Made by a program: the position numbers and the translations under genes
The notes under the pieces: model-generated
What the model was told of the DNA's origin: nothing
Seen by the model: only the letters and a program-made list of their open reading frames with translations
The model's database searches: none
Shown: piece by piece, positions 52,247 to 64,000 of the stretch
Layout: the number at the start of each line of letters is the position of its first letter
Position numbering within the stretch: the stretch's first letter is position 1
Origin: Girardia tigrina
Lineage: Eukaryota
Direction: 5' to 3'
Length of the DNA: 64,000 nt
NCBI GenBank assembly: GCA_001938485.1
Contig: MQRK01249795.1
Location: forward strand, 4,672 to 68,671

Positions 52247-52331
52247 TCCAATTTCTGTACTCGTAATCGTAAGCTCTGCAGATCGCGATCAAGCAAAGGA
52301 TCAGCAAACAATATTTGTATTTGGGATTCAT
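52247..52331 (-). CDS. Neuropeptide precursor, exon 1 (signal peptide)
   Basis: ATG at 52331. MNPKYKYCLLILCLIAICRA-YDYEYRNW has a basic n-region, hydrophobic h-region and C-x-A cleavage site. Phase-1 donor GTTCGT is followed by a T-rich intron. Confidence 0.75.
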
Positions 52332-52875
52332 GCTTTATTTTATTGTAAAATTCGCAAAATAATATTCCATATTTATTGAAATTTTGACCAATTAAATTTC
52401 GTTAATTTATTTAATGATAAGGAAGTAAAAATAAAAAAATTAAAACTTATTTTGCATGGAATTGTAATAATTCAGGAAATTTTATTTTATATGATAAATT
52501 AAACTTCTGCATGCTATTTGGGTTGAAGTAAGAATATTTATTGCATTTTTAGAAGTTATGTGTAGATGAGTGGTTGAAATTTATCATAGGTAAATGTTTT
52601 CCTAATATTTTTTATAAATAAATTTGAGCAATTTTACTTTTTATCTTTTGGTTAATGATAAAAATAAATGTGTCCATGAAAGATATGAAATTAAATAAGA
52701 TACAATGTATTACTTATAATGTCTCTTACGTTGACTTTTATTTTCTTAATATTTTTTGCATGTTTAAACAAGCTTTTTTTGTATTTAAATTTGTAGAAAA
52801 CCTTTTCTTCATCGTTTAAAATTGCGTTACTTAGATAACAGTCAAATTTTAAAACCCTTTCATAGCAATCCACTT

Positions 52876-53820
52876 TGTAATGGAAGAGAATTTCTTAATG
52901 TAATTTCCTCTTCTATTATCGTTATAGAATAATTAGATAAATGAGATGAATAATATTTATTATGAACACAATAGACACCAGATTCTCTTGAATACAATTA
53001 ATTGTCAAATTATTTGGCGACAATAAGTACTTTATGGCCATGTCCAAATGAGTGTTGCCGAAATCGTCTAATTGAATTTGTTGTAGAGAACGCTGATTTT
53101 CCCCGTTTAGTCTGTTACTAAATATCAGTCTGATGAACTCGCAATGCAAGTGGTTTAGGTGCTGGTTGTTTGGTGGAAATTCGTCGGTGAAAGTACCATG
53201 TGAGACAAATTTCCAGTTCCGGCTAAACCAGAAAACCCGACAAATGAATAGTGGTCCGGTTGGATGTGTCACAGAAAAACAATGGGGAAATCAGCTTGTA
53301 GATTTTTCCAATGCGACAAAAATCAGCGGACTTCGACTGAACCAGAATACTTAGTCACTGAATAGGAATAATTGAATTGTATTATTTGTGTATGATATCA
53401 CATTCAAAGTGGTACAATGAAGAACTATAGTTGAAGTTGTCTTTCACTTTCGAATCTTGTGAGTTAAAAAGGTTAATAGAAATATTACTAGGATATTTGC
53501 GAAAGCGTGCCACCATAAATTAAATCCAAGCTTGATAAAACTACATCTTAATCAGTATTAATAAAACTGCCAATACAGATATAGCAAGTATCGCGACACA
53601 GTTCTAGAATCTGGATAATTTTAATTTGAATTGCTGTTATCCGAATAGATGGAGGTAAATTGTCTGTAAATGTTATTTCCATTGTCATGCGGATCACGAA
53701 GAATGTGTTGAAACATAATCCGAAATAAAACCCAGTCATCTAACTATTTCATTTTAAATTATCGATTGAATCGATAATCATAATAATTTTTTATTATATA
53801 GTAGTAGCAAAGCTACTACT
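52876..53820 (+). mobile_element. Solo LTR (long TGTAATGGAA family)
   Basis: Starts TGTAATGGAA, 5-bp TSD CACTT; central core aligns with 50700-50960. Confidence 0.85.
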
Positions 53821-54047
53821 CACTTAATGTTACATTGCTCCATCGAAACATGCAAGTAAAGGCTGCACTAGTTTCCTTAAAAAACTAATCGACTATGTTG
53901 ATGAGGAATGTTAATCATTGAGGCGGCATTAACGACAACACATTCGTGATCTTTCTGAACGGATGCCTGTGGATTGACTTTCAATCGAGTGATGTTAATA
54001 TTAGTGTTGAATACGTGTTTATAACATTGGGGTAGCAATCAATAAAC

Positions 54048-54946
54048 TGAATATTATGAATGAGACATTTAAAATTCAAAACAGTTAAAGCAACGAAAAT
54101 TTGAAGATGATAAATTAAATAGAATTCATTTCAAATCAAAACACACGAACTTTGATTAATGTTTATTTATTGTTACCACAAATCCACTTTCAAAACAAAA
54201 TAAACCAGAAACGGATTATAGCGTATTCAAAACGATCATTTTTACACAATTCAAATTTTTGCAAATTTCTAAATTATTAAGGATACTAACAGCCGATGTC
54301 TTCTTACAAAATTTATTACGACTAAAATGGTCTGTAATCAGCATCTGGGGCATGACTTGTTTCTTCAATTGATTATTCAAAAATTTGACAAAATCTGCAA
54401 TGATTAAAACAATTGTATTTTTATTAATTGTTAAATAACAATTAATTTATTATACAATTAGTAATATAAATTTTTAAATTCGACAATAATTGACTTCAAT
54501 TGTCTAGGGCAGTGGTTCTTAACCGGTGGTACACGCACCCCTTAGGGGTGCGAGCTAGAATGTCTGGGGGTGCGAAACTATAATTATACAAATTCAAGTA
54601 TAAAAATAATTGAGGAAAAGCAACAACAAAAAAGCCATTAATATAAATTTTGATCATTTATAATTGGTTATTTCAGCTAACAATTAAAATTTATAAAAAA
54701 ATTGTTATGCACATAAAATTAATAAAAAATATGTTATGAATAATGTTTGTTTTTCAATTTTTATAATTCAATAATTTCGGGTAAGGGGTGAGAGAATATT
54801 GTTTGAAAATTTTAAGGGTGCCTGTAGCTAAAAAGGTTAAGAACCACTGGTCTAGGGAGAGATGTCATGTTTCAAACACCAACCAGTCTCAAACATACTA
54901 TAAAACTCATTAAAAATGACTCAACATCATTCCAATATTCCTCACA
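54048..54946 (-). mobile_element. Solo LTR (short family) hosting a hAT MITE
   Basis: TG...CA termini, 5-bp TSD TAAAC, starts TGTGAGGAATATT on the minus strand. Confidence 0.8.
54510..54849. mobile_element. hAT (Charlie-like) MITE
   Basis: Perfect 15-bp TIR CAGTGGTTCTTAACC and perfect 8-bp TSD GTCTAGGG. Confidence 0.95.
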
Positions 54947-55053
54947 TAAACAATGTCCAACGCGTTTAAACAACGCAAATTTTTATACATTTTTTACAAA
55001 AATCTTTTTTCTATTTTATAAAAATACATAGTTTTATTTAATTCTTTTTTTAA

Positions 55054-55251
55054 CCCTTTACTGACTATTGATGCCATATGGAATCATAATATATATCAGA
55101 CTTGTATAGCCATCTATGAATGAATAGGGATAACATTTTTTATTTAGATCGATAAGAAGATATATTTGTTGTCAATTAAATTTTTACTCTAATTACTTTA
55201 CTGCTTTCGCATATATTTTACTATATTTCAGTGTATATATATGTATAAGAA

Positions 55252-55295
<44 letters not shown>

Positions 55296-55411
55296 GTATA
55301 TTTTATGTATAAGAAAAAAAACTAAAAATTATTTTTTGGTACCCTATATGTACTCAAAAAACATACTTTTGGTGTGTTTAAATTGATATTCTTAATTCAG
55401 CCAGGAAAGGG
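55054..55411. mobile_element. piggyBac-type MITE with internal (TA)n
   Basis: TTAA flanks; TIR CCCTTTACTGACT / AGCCAGGAAAGGG. Confidence 0.8.
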
Positions 55412-56029
55412 TTAATTACATATATATTTTTATACTTATATGAGCAATCCCATTCCACTATTGATGCTACAACTACATCATTCGCATTAAACAATCCTTT
55501 TTTCAAGATATCCGTGGCTTTGAGCAATTATTCTTTATTCATATCTTGATTCCCTTCTAAGATTCAATACTTGTCAGGCCTTCATATATCCAAACTGACC
55601 TGTAATTTATGTTTCTTTCAAAAAGCTCTTAATATTATCATTTCTGAATGTGCAATAGTTATCCAAAAACTAATAAATCTTATATTATTTTTTCTCGTAT
55701 TTGATGTCCATAGAAATTTAGCTTCCTTCCCTTGATGGACCATTATAGATTTTGGATTTTCAAATAGTATAACTCAGGAAAATTAAATGTTCTTGCCTTT
55801 CATATTAAAACAATTCTTTTAATTTTTAATTATTTTAATTTTCAAAATTCGGGCATAATACATTTTGACTATATATATATATATTCATTATTTTTTAATA
55901 TTTATTTAATTTTTTAGCCCATAATATAAGACTTTAAATAATATTTCTTTGAAAAATAATTATAATTTTAAAATCATTCTTCAAAAAAATTAATTATTTG
56001 GTATCAAAATGTCTCATTAAGCTTTAACA

Positions 56030-56330
56030 TATGTTCTTCTTTATTTTCTTTTCGTCCTTAGCTCCTTAGTTGTTTGGTTATTTGTGTATCAAAATACACA
56101 CAAGTTTTTATCTATTTGGAGCTATTTTTTGCTAAACTTCCATCTGCCTTCCTTTGCTCTTTTTCTTTTTTATCTCTTTCAACTCTTCCTTCAATCATGA
56201 TTTTATTATTTCTTATTTGATGTTCTTATAATTTTAGCTTTTGTTTCTTGATAGGCTCTTTCAAATTTCGGTCTTTCACTCTCTTCTAGACAACTCGTTT
56301 ATTCTGTTTTCTTTCCATGTTATTTACAGA
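56030..56330 (-). mobile_element. Decayed RTE-like LINE 3' fragment
   Basis: Nucleotide similarity to 46480-46800 (shared ACTCTTCCTTCAATCAT, GATGTTC..AATTT.AGCTTT). Confidence 0.65.
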
Positions 56331-57264
56331 AATAGAGGCTGCAATAAAATGTTTGAAAATTGATAATAGAAAAGGAAGAGACTACATCTGTGTGAAACTA
56401 GGCCACAATTGAGTGATGGCAATTGTTTGTACAATATACAACAAACAGTGAATCTTCATCCTCACATGGACTCAGTCTATCCTCATTACTATTAAAGCAA
56501 ATGCAAAACGTGTAGCGACTTTAGAACAATTAGTTTGATAATAACAATTAATTTGATAAGTCACTCATCAAAGCTTATCTTGAAAGTAATACAAAGAAGA
56601 ATCATAAATGCTCGGAGCTTTGGTGAGTTCATAAAATTTTTGAATTTAAAATCTAATTAATTTAATAAAGAAATAATAAAATTTTGAAAAGTTAATAAAT
56701 AGATTATGTTTAAATAAGATTTTCATAAAATAGCAAAAAAAATTAATTTATATAATCATAAATTTTAAAGAAGACTTTTAAGGTTTTAACACAAAATCCA
56801 TAAACAGATTTATTAATAAAGTCAATTTTTAATTTTATATAAAACATCATATTTAAATTTTGAAATGATAACACACTAAATTTTATCTTAATATAAAGCA
56901 AATTAAATATCCTATGAATTCATAAATTTTAGAATTAAAATATAATTGTTTTGAGACAAAATCAAAATTTAACTTTCATTAAAAAACAAAAATGTTAAAG
57001 TTGAAATAAATGAAAATGTAAATTTTATTTTATTTTTTGGAAATGTAATTTTATTGAATTGAAAATGTACGTTACAATGTTAATCAAAAAGGTGATTGTG
57101 TTAAAATGAAAATGTAAAATACAATGGAAATTTAATAAAATATGAAATAAAATCTTTTTGGCAAAATTTTAATAAGAATTTTATAATTTTAAAGACGATT
57201 ATAAATTAAAATTTGTAATTAAGAAAATAACAATATGTGAATTTTTATTTATTTTTATTTATAA

Positions 57265-58256
57265 CTAGCTCACTCGGCCCGCTTCGCGGCCCTCTCTTGC
57301 CGGGGGTTCAATTTTTTTATATTATAAAAGCCCAAGTCACTCACTGCCTGCCTCACTGCCTCACTAACGCTGTAAGGTAAATTTTTGAANNNNNNNNNNN
57401 NNNNNNNNNNNNNNNNNNNNNNNNNNNNNNNNNNNNNNNNNNNNNNNNNNNNNNNNNNNNNNNNNNNNNNNNNNNNNNNNNNNNNNNNNNNNNNNNNNNN
57501 NNNNNNNNNNNNNNNNNNNNNNNNNNNNNNNNNNNNNNNNNNNNNNNNNNNNNNNNNNNNNNNNNNNNNNNNNNNNNNNNNNNNNNNNNNNNNNNNNNNN
57601 NNNNNNNNNNNNNNNNNNNNNNNNNNNNNNNNNNNNNNNNNNNNNNNNNNNNNNNNNNNNNNNNNNNNNNNNNNNNNNNNNNNNNNNNNNNNNNNNNNNN
57701 NNNNNNNNNNNNNNNNNNNNNNNNNNNNNNNNNNNNNNNNNNNNNNNNNNNNNNNNNNNNNNNNNNNNNNNNNNNNNNNNNNNNNNNNNNNNNNNNNNNN
57801 NNNNNNNNNNNNNNNNNNNNNNNNNNNNNNNNNNNNNNNNNNNNNNNNNNNNNNNNNNNNNNNNNNNNNNNNNNNNNNNNNNNNNNNNNNNNNNNNNNNN
57901 NNNNNNNNNNNNNNNNNNNNNNNNNNNNNNNNNNNNNNNNNNNNNNNNNNNNNNNNNNNNNNNNNNNNNNNNNNNNNNNNNNNNNNNNNNNNNNNNNNNN
58001 NNNNNNNNNNNNNNNNNNNNNNNNNNNNNNNNNNNNNNNNNNNNNNNNNNNNNNNNNNNNNNNNNNNNNNNNNNNNNNNNNNNNNNNNNNNNNNNNNNNN
58101 NNNNNNNNNNNNNNNNNNNNNNNNNNNNNNNNNNNNNNNTATTAATCGATTTGAGGTTCGAATAATTATTTTGAGTTTTTTATTGCCAAATTACGTCAGC
58201 GTTATTACGTCAGCGTTAGTGAAGCAGTGAGTGACTTGGGCTTTTATAATATATAT
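57265..58256 (-). mobile_element. Helitron-like non-autonomous element spanning a gap
   Basis: Minus-strand GC hairpin (GGCCGCGAAGCGGGCC) then CTAG|T at 57265. ~55-bp inverted repeats TATTATAAAAGCCCAAGTCACTCACTGC flank the N-run. Confidence 0.55.
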
Positions 58257-58639
58257 GGTTTGGATAAAGAAAATAAAGTACTTATGTTCCTAAAAAAATT
58301 TGTTTGAAAAATCGTTATTGTGATAAAAATAAAATTTTGTGTCATGAACTTGAATTCTAAATTTGAACACCAAAAAAGGAGAAAGTTTTAAGTAAGGTTT
58401 TGACTGCAGCACTAGGAAACAGAAAAGCAACCTGAGTTTGATTTGTGAGAAGAAATAATAATTTATAACATATTTTTAGACTTTTAAAATGTTTTTGACA
58501 TGATGTAGTACGAAGAATTATGATACATTATAAATAAGAGCAAAAGCATTTATGAAGATACAAAGATAAACGTTTGACAAGCTATATATTTATCAGTGAA
58601 ATTTATTTAGGAACTAGTTCAAATCGTCAGTAAGAGTAA

Positions 58640-59190
58640 GAAAATGTTGTATTCCATCATCAAAGCTGTTGTATCTTGAGAAAATTGTTATGGAAGCAAT
58701 TAATGACCTAAACTATGTTAACATGAGCTACTAAAAACAAGAGTAACAAACCTACCTTTACTGACGACAAACATCTAATTTCTAAAGACAAGGTAGAGAT
58801 TTAGGAACTTACAAACTGACTGCATCCAGTGTCCAAAAAATTTAAAATTGAAATCAACAAAGAAAAACGCAAAATAATAGTCTCAAGAAACCGTAACAAC
58901 ATAATCAAACTGAAGATTGAAATTAAATGAAGAAAAGAAGGAGAGTTAAAAGTTTAAAATGCCTAGGCTCTACTATCGGAGAGAATGGTAAACGAAAGAA
59001 GAAATCCATTGAACGATTGGTATTGAAATATGTGCAATGATTTAACCTCACAGTTTTTAACCTCAAAGAAATCAACCACAAGAGCCAAATGCAGATCACT
59101 GGGATTCACTTCTCTATGATACGAGAGTTGGACACTAAATCAGAAGAGCATTGGCAAACATAAAGCGTTTTAAAGGAAGTGATAAAGGGC
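58640..59190 (+). mobile_element. Heavily decayed RTE-like LINE RT remnant
   Basis: Remnants YLEKIVMEAIND, NLPFTDD, KFKI EINKEK, FKMPR/LGSTI and ESWTLNQK, colinear with the RTE RT. Confidence 0.55.
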
Positions 59191-60183
59191 ACAAATTATA
59201 ATTATATTCTAAGTTATTATTTTATTTAAATTATTAAATTATTTTATAAAATATTATTTTATTATAGCACTTCACTAATGAAACTGCTCAATGAAATAAA
59301 TCTTTCACCATAAAAAATTTAAATATTTTAAGAGTTATAACACATTTTATATTTAGCGAAAATTGGATAAGTTTATTAATGGATTACTGAATCTCGAAGG
59401 ACATATTTTACTGTTGAGGGAAAATTTCGTTGTCATTCTTGATAACCAATATTTAATTGAAAATACTTTAGTTTCTCCTTTTTAATATTATGTTTCGTAT
59501 CAATTTAAATAGAATATTCTCTTTATTATATATAATAAAAATAAAAATCAAGAAATTGACATATCCTAAATTTTATTGAAATAATTATTAATTATGATTA
59601 TATTATCTTTCATAATTAAAATTTAAATTTCAAAGAAATATAAATAAAATTTTATCTGTAGAAAATTTTTTAAAATTTTTGATTTTCATTTTCACTTCAC
59701 TGTTATCAAAATTCATATAATTCTTGTACAAATTTTATATGCTTTGATTATTTAATAAATCTTCTTTCGTTTAAATAATTTTAATAAATTTTTCTTTAAT
59801 TTTACTAACGATTTAAAACTTTAAAAAATTATTAATTCCATCAGTTATTGGCAATAATTAAACGTTGCTATCTTACTAATTGTTTTAAGTACTTCACAAA
59901 GGTTGAAGTTCGCTTTAAGTACCAAGATATTAACATCTTGCACTTTATTCTGTTTCCAATCTACTAAAAAAGGGTTTAGGAAGAATTAAATTTGAGACGA
60001 TTTCGTTAAACGATTCTCTCAAAATTAATTTTTTTGACACAAATTATAAGTAAATTAATGTTTGGGTAATATTTTCTAGTAAACCAACTTGACAAAATTA
60101 ATTAATTTAGTTAATTTTTTGACACTAAAAATGTAAAGAGAAACATTGTTTAAAAGTTTGTGTAAAAGAGCTAACTGAAAACG

Positions 60184-61014
60184 TGTTTCAGTGAACTCCT
60201 TTAACGTGAAAAAATAAAGATAAATATGTATAAAACTTTTATTTTTATACAATATAAATAAACATATATAACAAAAAAATCACATATGAGAGAGAGAACG
60301 GCACAGATAAATCTCGATTTCGATTTGTGTTTATTGTTCAAAAGTTCCAAATGAACGATCTTTTGTTGTAACAATATCGATGGAAACGTCAGAGAATCAT
60401 TCGGTTGCACAACGAGATTTTGAGAAAATAAATCACATGAAGAGAAGCACTTTCAGGGGAATATTGATAAATTGGTTTGCAGAAAATTCCTTTACGAACC
60501 GATTTTACAAGAAAACGCCCCGGAGGCAATATAGTATAATTGTAAACAGTAATATTAATGATTGTTTTTATCGATTGTTTTTATATATATATAATTTTAT
60601 ATATATATATATANNNNNNNNNNNNNNNNNNNNNNNNNNNNNNNNNNNNNNNNNNNNNNNNNNTATATATATATATATATATATAATTTTATATATAATT
60701 TACAATATATAATTTATATATAATAATTGACTGGGTCACTACACTAGCCCCCTATTGTAAGTGGAACGTAAAGATGTTTGAAAGAAAAATGGATGAAATT
60801 TGGGTTTTATTTTGCTTTTTATATCCCTATCTAAAAAATCAAAGTTTATTTCATTTTGTGGCTTTGTCGAACAGAAAGTAATCCTTTTTTGATTGATTGT
60901 CATTGCTTTGCCTTCTTCGGTTAAAATAAAAGATTTCTTTAATTGGTCCATTATTTGATAGGTTCCTTCGAAAGTATCGTTAACATTGTTTTTAACCAAT
61001 ATAGTTTTTATCAT
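60184..61014 (-). mobile_element. 3' end of a Ty3/gypsy element: integrase tail, PPT and LTR
   Basis: ORF with FEGTYQI (GPY/F-like). PPT AGGGGGCTAG is followed by TGTAGTGACCC at 60743. The far LTR boundary (~60184) is tentative. Confidence 0.65.
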
Positions 61015-62036
61015 AAGTATAATTTAATATTATTCCGCAAAAATCACATTTGATAGTTCAGAAAAGAATAATAGAATAAATGTCTGATTTTCACTAGATA
61101 TTTTATCACTTAATCGTTTAATCATAAAAACAATTACACATTTAAATTTATTCATTAAGGTAAATAAAGTAGCAGAAGACATTTGCGAAAATTTTAAAAG
61201 AATTTTAAGAAATAAGTGAAAAATTAAGTTTTAGGTAATGAGAAAAAAACAATGTATGTTTGAAAAACAAAATAAATTATAAAAGCACTTGTGTAAGCCC
61301 AAAATATTTACAGTAGAAGAACAACTAACGCAAATAACTTTTACCAAGGTCAAAAAGTTAACAAACCAAAGATATAGTGTAGTGAAAAAGTTATATACAC
61401 ATACGTTTTAGCAATAATCAAGACTTGCGAAGGGTTTTTTTTGTAATATTAAGTCACATAATATCCCATTTCTTCTTTCTTCAATGACATTTAAAACTGC
61501 TGATAAGATTTAGATTGACAGTATACAAAATAATAGATGTTGATGGCAGAGTTTTCGCAGTTGCGTGGATGCGGTGCTGAAACGATAGTAGACGGGAACC
61601 TGATGATCTGAATTATCTCGGAAGAAGATGTCATCAGAGAATCAGGCACATCCAGTCACACTAATATTTAGTCGGAAACAAAATTGAGATAGAATTCGAT
61701 AAACGCACATATAAATCGACAAATTAGCACTCCAATTCCAATAGGAGTCACCGTCTCGAGAATTGATGTTGTTTAAAATTACAAAATATTGTTCTCAAGA
61801 TTTCACTCAAAAAATCATTTACAATGAGAAATTTTAAATTCTCTTTCACTCAAAACATCAATCATTATACATTCACAAAACCAATAATTGTCAATCAACA
61901 CAAAATACAAATAAAAAAAGTGATAAAATGATTTATTTTCTGGTTGCATTAATCAAGAGACGTATTCCAGTTGGAAGAAACTGTTACGAGTCAGATCTTT
62001 GATGAATCAATTTTTAAAAATTTGTCGAAGAAAATG

Positions 62037-62071
<35 letters not shown>

Positions 62072-62818
62072 TTATATGACGATGTCATTTTAATTTGATA
62101 CAGTAATAAATAATAATTAAAATATATTCATATAAAAACAACCAACGAATTAATTATTCACAGATGTCTTTAACAAGAATAAAACAGAACAAATATACAT
62201 CCTTCAAAAAAGATTCCCATTATGGTTTGACATTTATATTTTGATTTATAATACCGTATTTGAATCTACTGACAAATATTAAATAAAATTATATTATAAG
62301 TTTATTATACAATTAAATATTTATATATTCAAATAACCTTTTTTATAATATTTTCAATAAAATAGTAAAAATAAATGAAAGTAATAATAAATAATCAACT
62401 TATTTTTCAGATATTGCTGTAAAGTGTCTTGTTCCAATTTTTAACAGAAGTTTTATTCTCCCAATATTTTATACTGAACATTAAAATGTTTTATTTTTTT
62501 ATGTTCGTGTTAGTCACGTTAATATTATCAGTCAAAAATAGCACAATTAATTACAAATAAATTGTCATCTTCCCTAATAATCGATTCCCCAATTTTTATT
62601 TTTTTTAATTTTAATCTTTTAATTTTTAACTCCTGATTATTTTTTTTCAAAAACTCAAAATTAAAAAGCAATATATTTAATTCAATTTTTTCATTAAATC
62701 TTATTTATTCCAAAATAATATTTCTTTGTAACTATAAAAGTATTTTAATCTAAAACATTAAAAAACTTCTAATTTCAAGTCAATTTAAACATTAAAAATT
62801 ATTTCAAGTTCCAAATTA

Positions 62819-63180
62819 TTAGGTTGATGCATAAGTTTTTTAGTCTATTTTGAATAATTTTATCAAAGAATTTCTAAAGGAACTACAAAATATTAATCGG
62901 TGAAGTATTCGCCGTTACAATCAATTACGTTTTGTCATCTTTCCGGTAATTTTCTAATTCCATCAGTGAAAATTTTTTTGGTTTCGATGCCATGAATTCA
63001 TCGATGCAATTTCGAACATCACTTTCTTGTTTGAATCGCTTACCAACCAGATTATGTTATAGAGAGTGAAACAAATGAAAACCGGATGGAGAAATGTCCG
63101 GAGAATATGCCGGATGCGGTAAAACCTCCCATCCAGTTCCAAAATTTTATTTTTTGTCGCTTTCGCAACATGTTATGTAG
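62819..63180 (-). mobile_element. Mariner 3' fragment with TIR
   Basis: HPAYSPDISPSGFHLFHSL..GIRKLPER*QNVIDCNGEYFTD*, followed by a TIR ending at TTAGGTTGATGCATAAG. Confidence 0.85.
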
Positions 63181-63199
63181 CTTTATCAGTAAATATAGA

Positions 63200-64000
63200 G
63201 GTTTGTACAGAGCATGAAAATGAAAAAAATGCGAAAAAGGATCGATGAAAAGTAAATTTAGAGAGAAAAGTATTTACGAAAACCTTCAAATAACGGAGAA
63301 AGTAGTACAAGGGAGGAAGTGTTCATCAGTAGAGATACAAATAGTTGATGCAAAGATGATTATGTCTTTAGAAGATAAACAGGGGAAGGTTTCGTGTGAC
63401 AGTCTTCAAGGACGTCCGAGCATAGCAGTAATAATAGAAGAAGAAGAAATGGAACGTTTGCTTGATACAGTAGTTACTATCAATGTGATAACAGCAAAAT
63501 TAGCTAGAAATTTTAAGGCAGCAAGGATATACAACACTAATCAGAGATTGACAACAGCAAACAGCGCACAGATGAATGTCGTGGGAGATTCGGAAATTAT
63601 ATGTAGAGTAGTACAGATAAAAAAAGATGAATTTTCTAGTGGTAGAACAACTAAGACCTCAAATGATAGGAGATGTACCTTTACAGCAGTGTTTCGGTAT
63701 AGGATTTCGTTGGCTAACGGCAATAGAAAGAGAAAAGGATGTGCTTCAGAGAATACACCTTATTTATGAACTAGAAGCAAAATTTAAGATAAAAGAACAA
63801 ATGGAAAGAGACAAAATGAAGCATAGAAACATAACGATATGAACAAAGCAAGGAATTAAAAGGGTTAATCATAAAATTCAAGAAAATATTCATAGCAAAT
63901 GACTGGGACATTGACAGAAAAAATTTATTAAAATATAAATCAAGACAAAAGGTAAACCGATAAATATTAAACCATGTATATATTGACCTCGTATATACAG
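63200..64000 (+). mobile_element. Decayed Ty3/gypsy protease and RT-start fragment
   Basis: GRPSIAVII..LLDTVVTINVI parallels GRPSILTVI..DTGARINVI of the element at 26.7 kb; IKTKGKPINIKP lies near the window end. Confidence 0.75.

Noticed and set aside
53125-53200. CTGATGA as a hammerhead ribozyme core (also at 6115 and 61600)
   Set aside because: Stems II/III and the GAAA could not be placed, and the motif is absent from the homologous LTR copy.
50595-53272. Paralogous-looking ORFs (THPT..WKFVxHGT) at 50595-50906 (+) and 52922-53272 (-) as a novel protein family
   Set aside because: Both lie inside TSD-bounded solo LTRs, antisense to them. Differences fall mostly at codon positions 1-2 and the ORF ends are not conserved.
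57385-58230. 281-aa ORF and other X-containing or poly-Tyr/Ile ORFs
   Set aside because: Artefacts of N-gaps and microsatellites.

Overview
Very AT-rich, intron-containing eukaryotic DNA with five N-gaps. Short AT-rich introns and the mariner/gypsy content suggest a triclad planarian, which is an inference. I reconstructed two host genes by hand; the ORF track does not show either properly. (1) The last five coding exons of an abLIM/UNC-115-like villin-headpiece gene (+, 604-20032). (2) A two-exon, 82-aa secreted neuropeptide precursor (-, 52331-31481). It has a signal peptide and G-K-R-flanked short peptides (PYNamide, FGLENEYVDamide, SYLamide x2) and is split by a ~20.6-kb transposon-filled intron. 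The two genes are convergent. Most other sequence is nested transposon debris: several mariners (one nearly intact, one with ~130-bp TIRs), an intron-containing Tc1 element, four Ty3/gypsy remnants, eight solo LTRs delimited by exact 5-bp target-site duplications (TSDs), piggyBac/hAT/pogo MITEs, and LINE, MULE and Helitron fragments. There is also a beta-tubulin retrocopy and an ankyrin-repeat pseudogene. I saw no rRNA, tRNA or CRISPR features. All calls come from manual reading; no searches were run.
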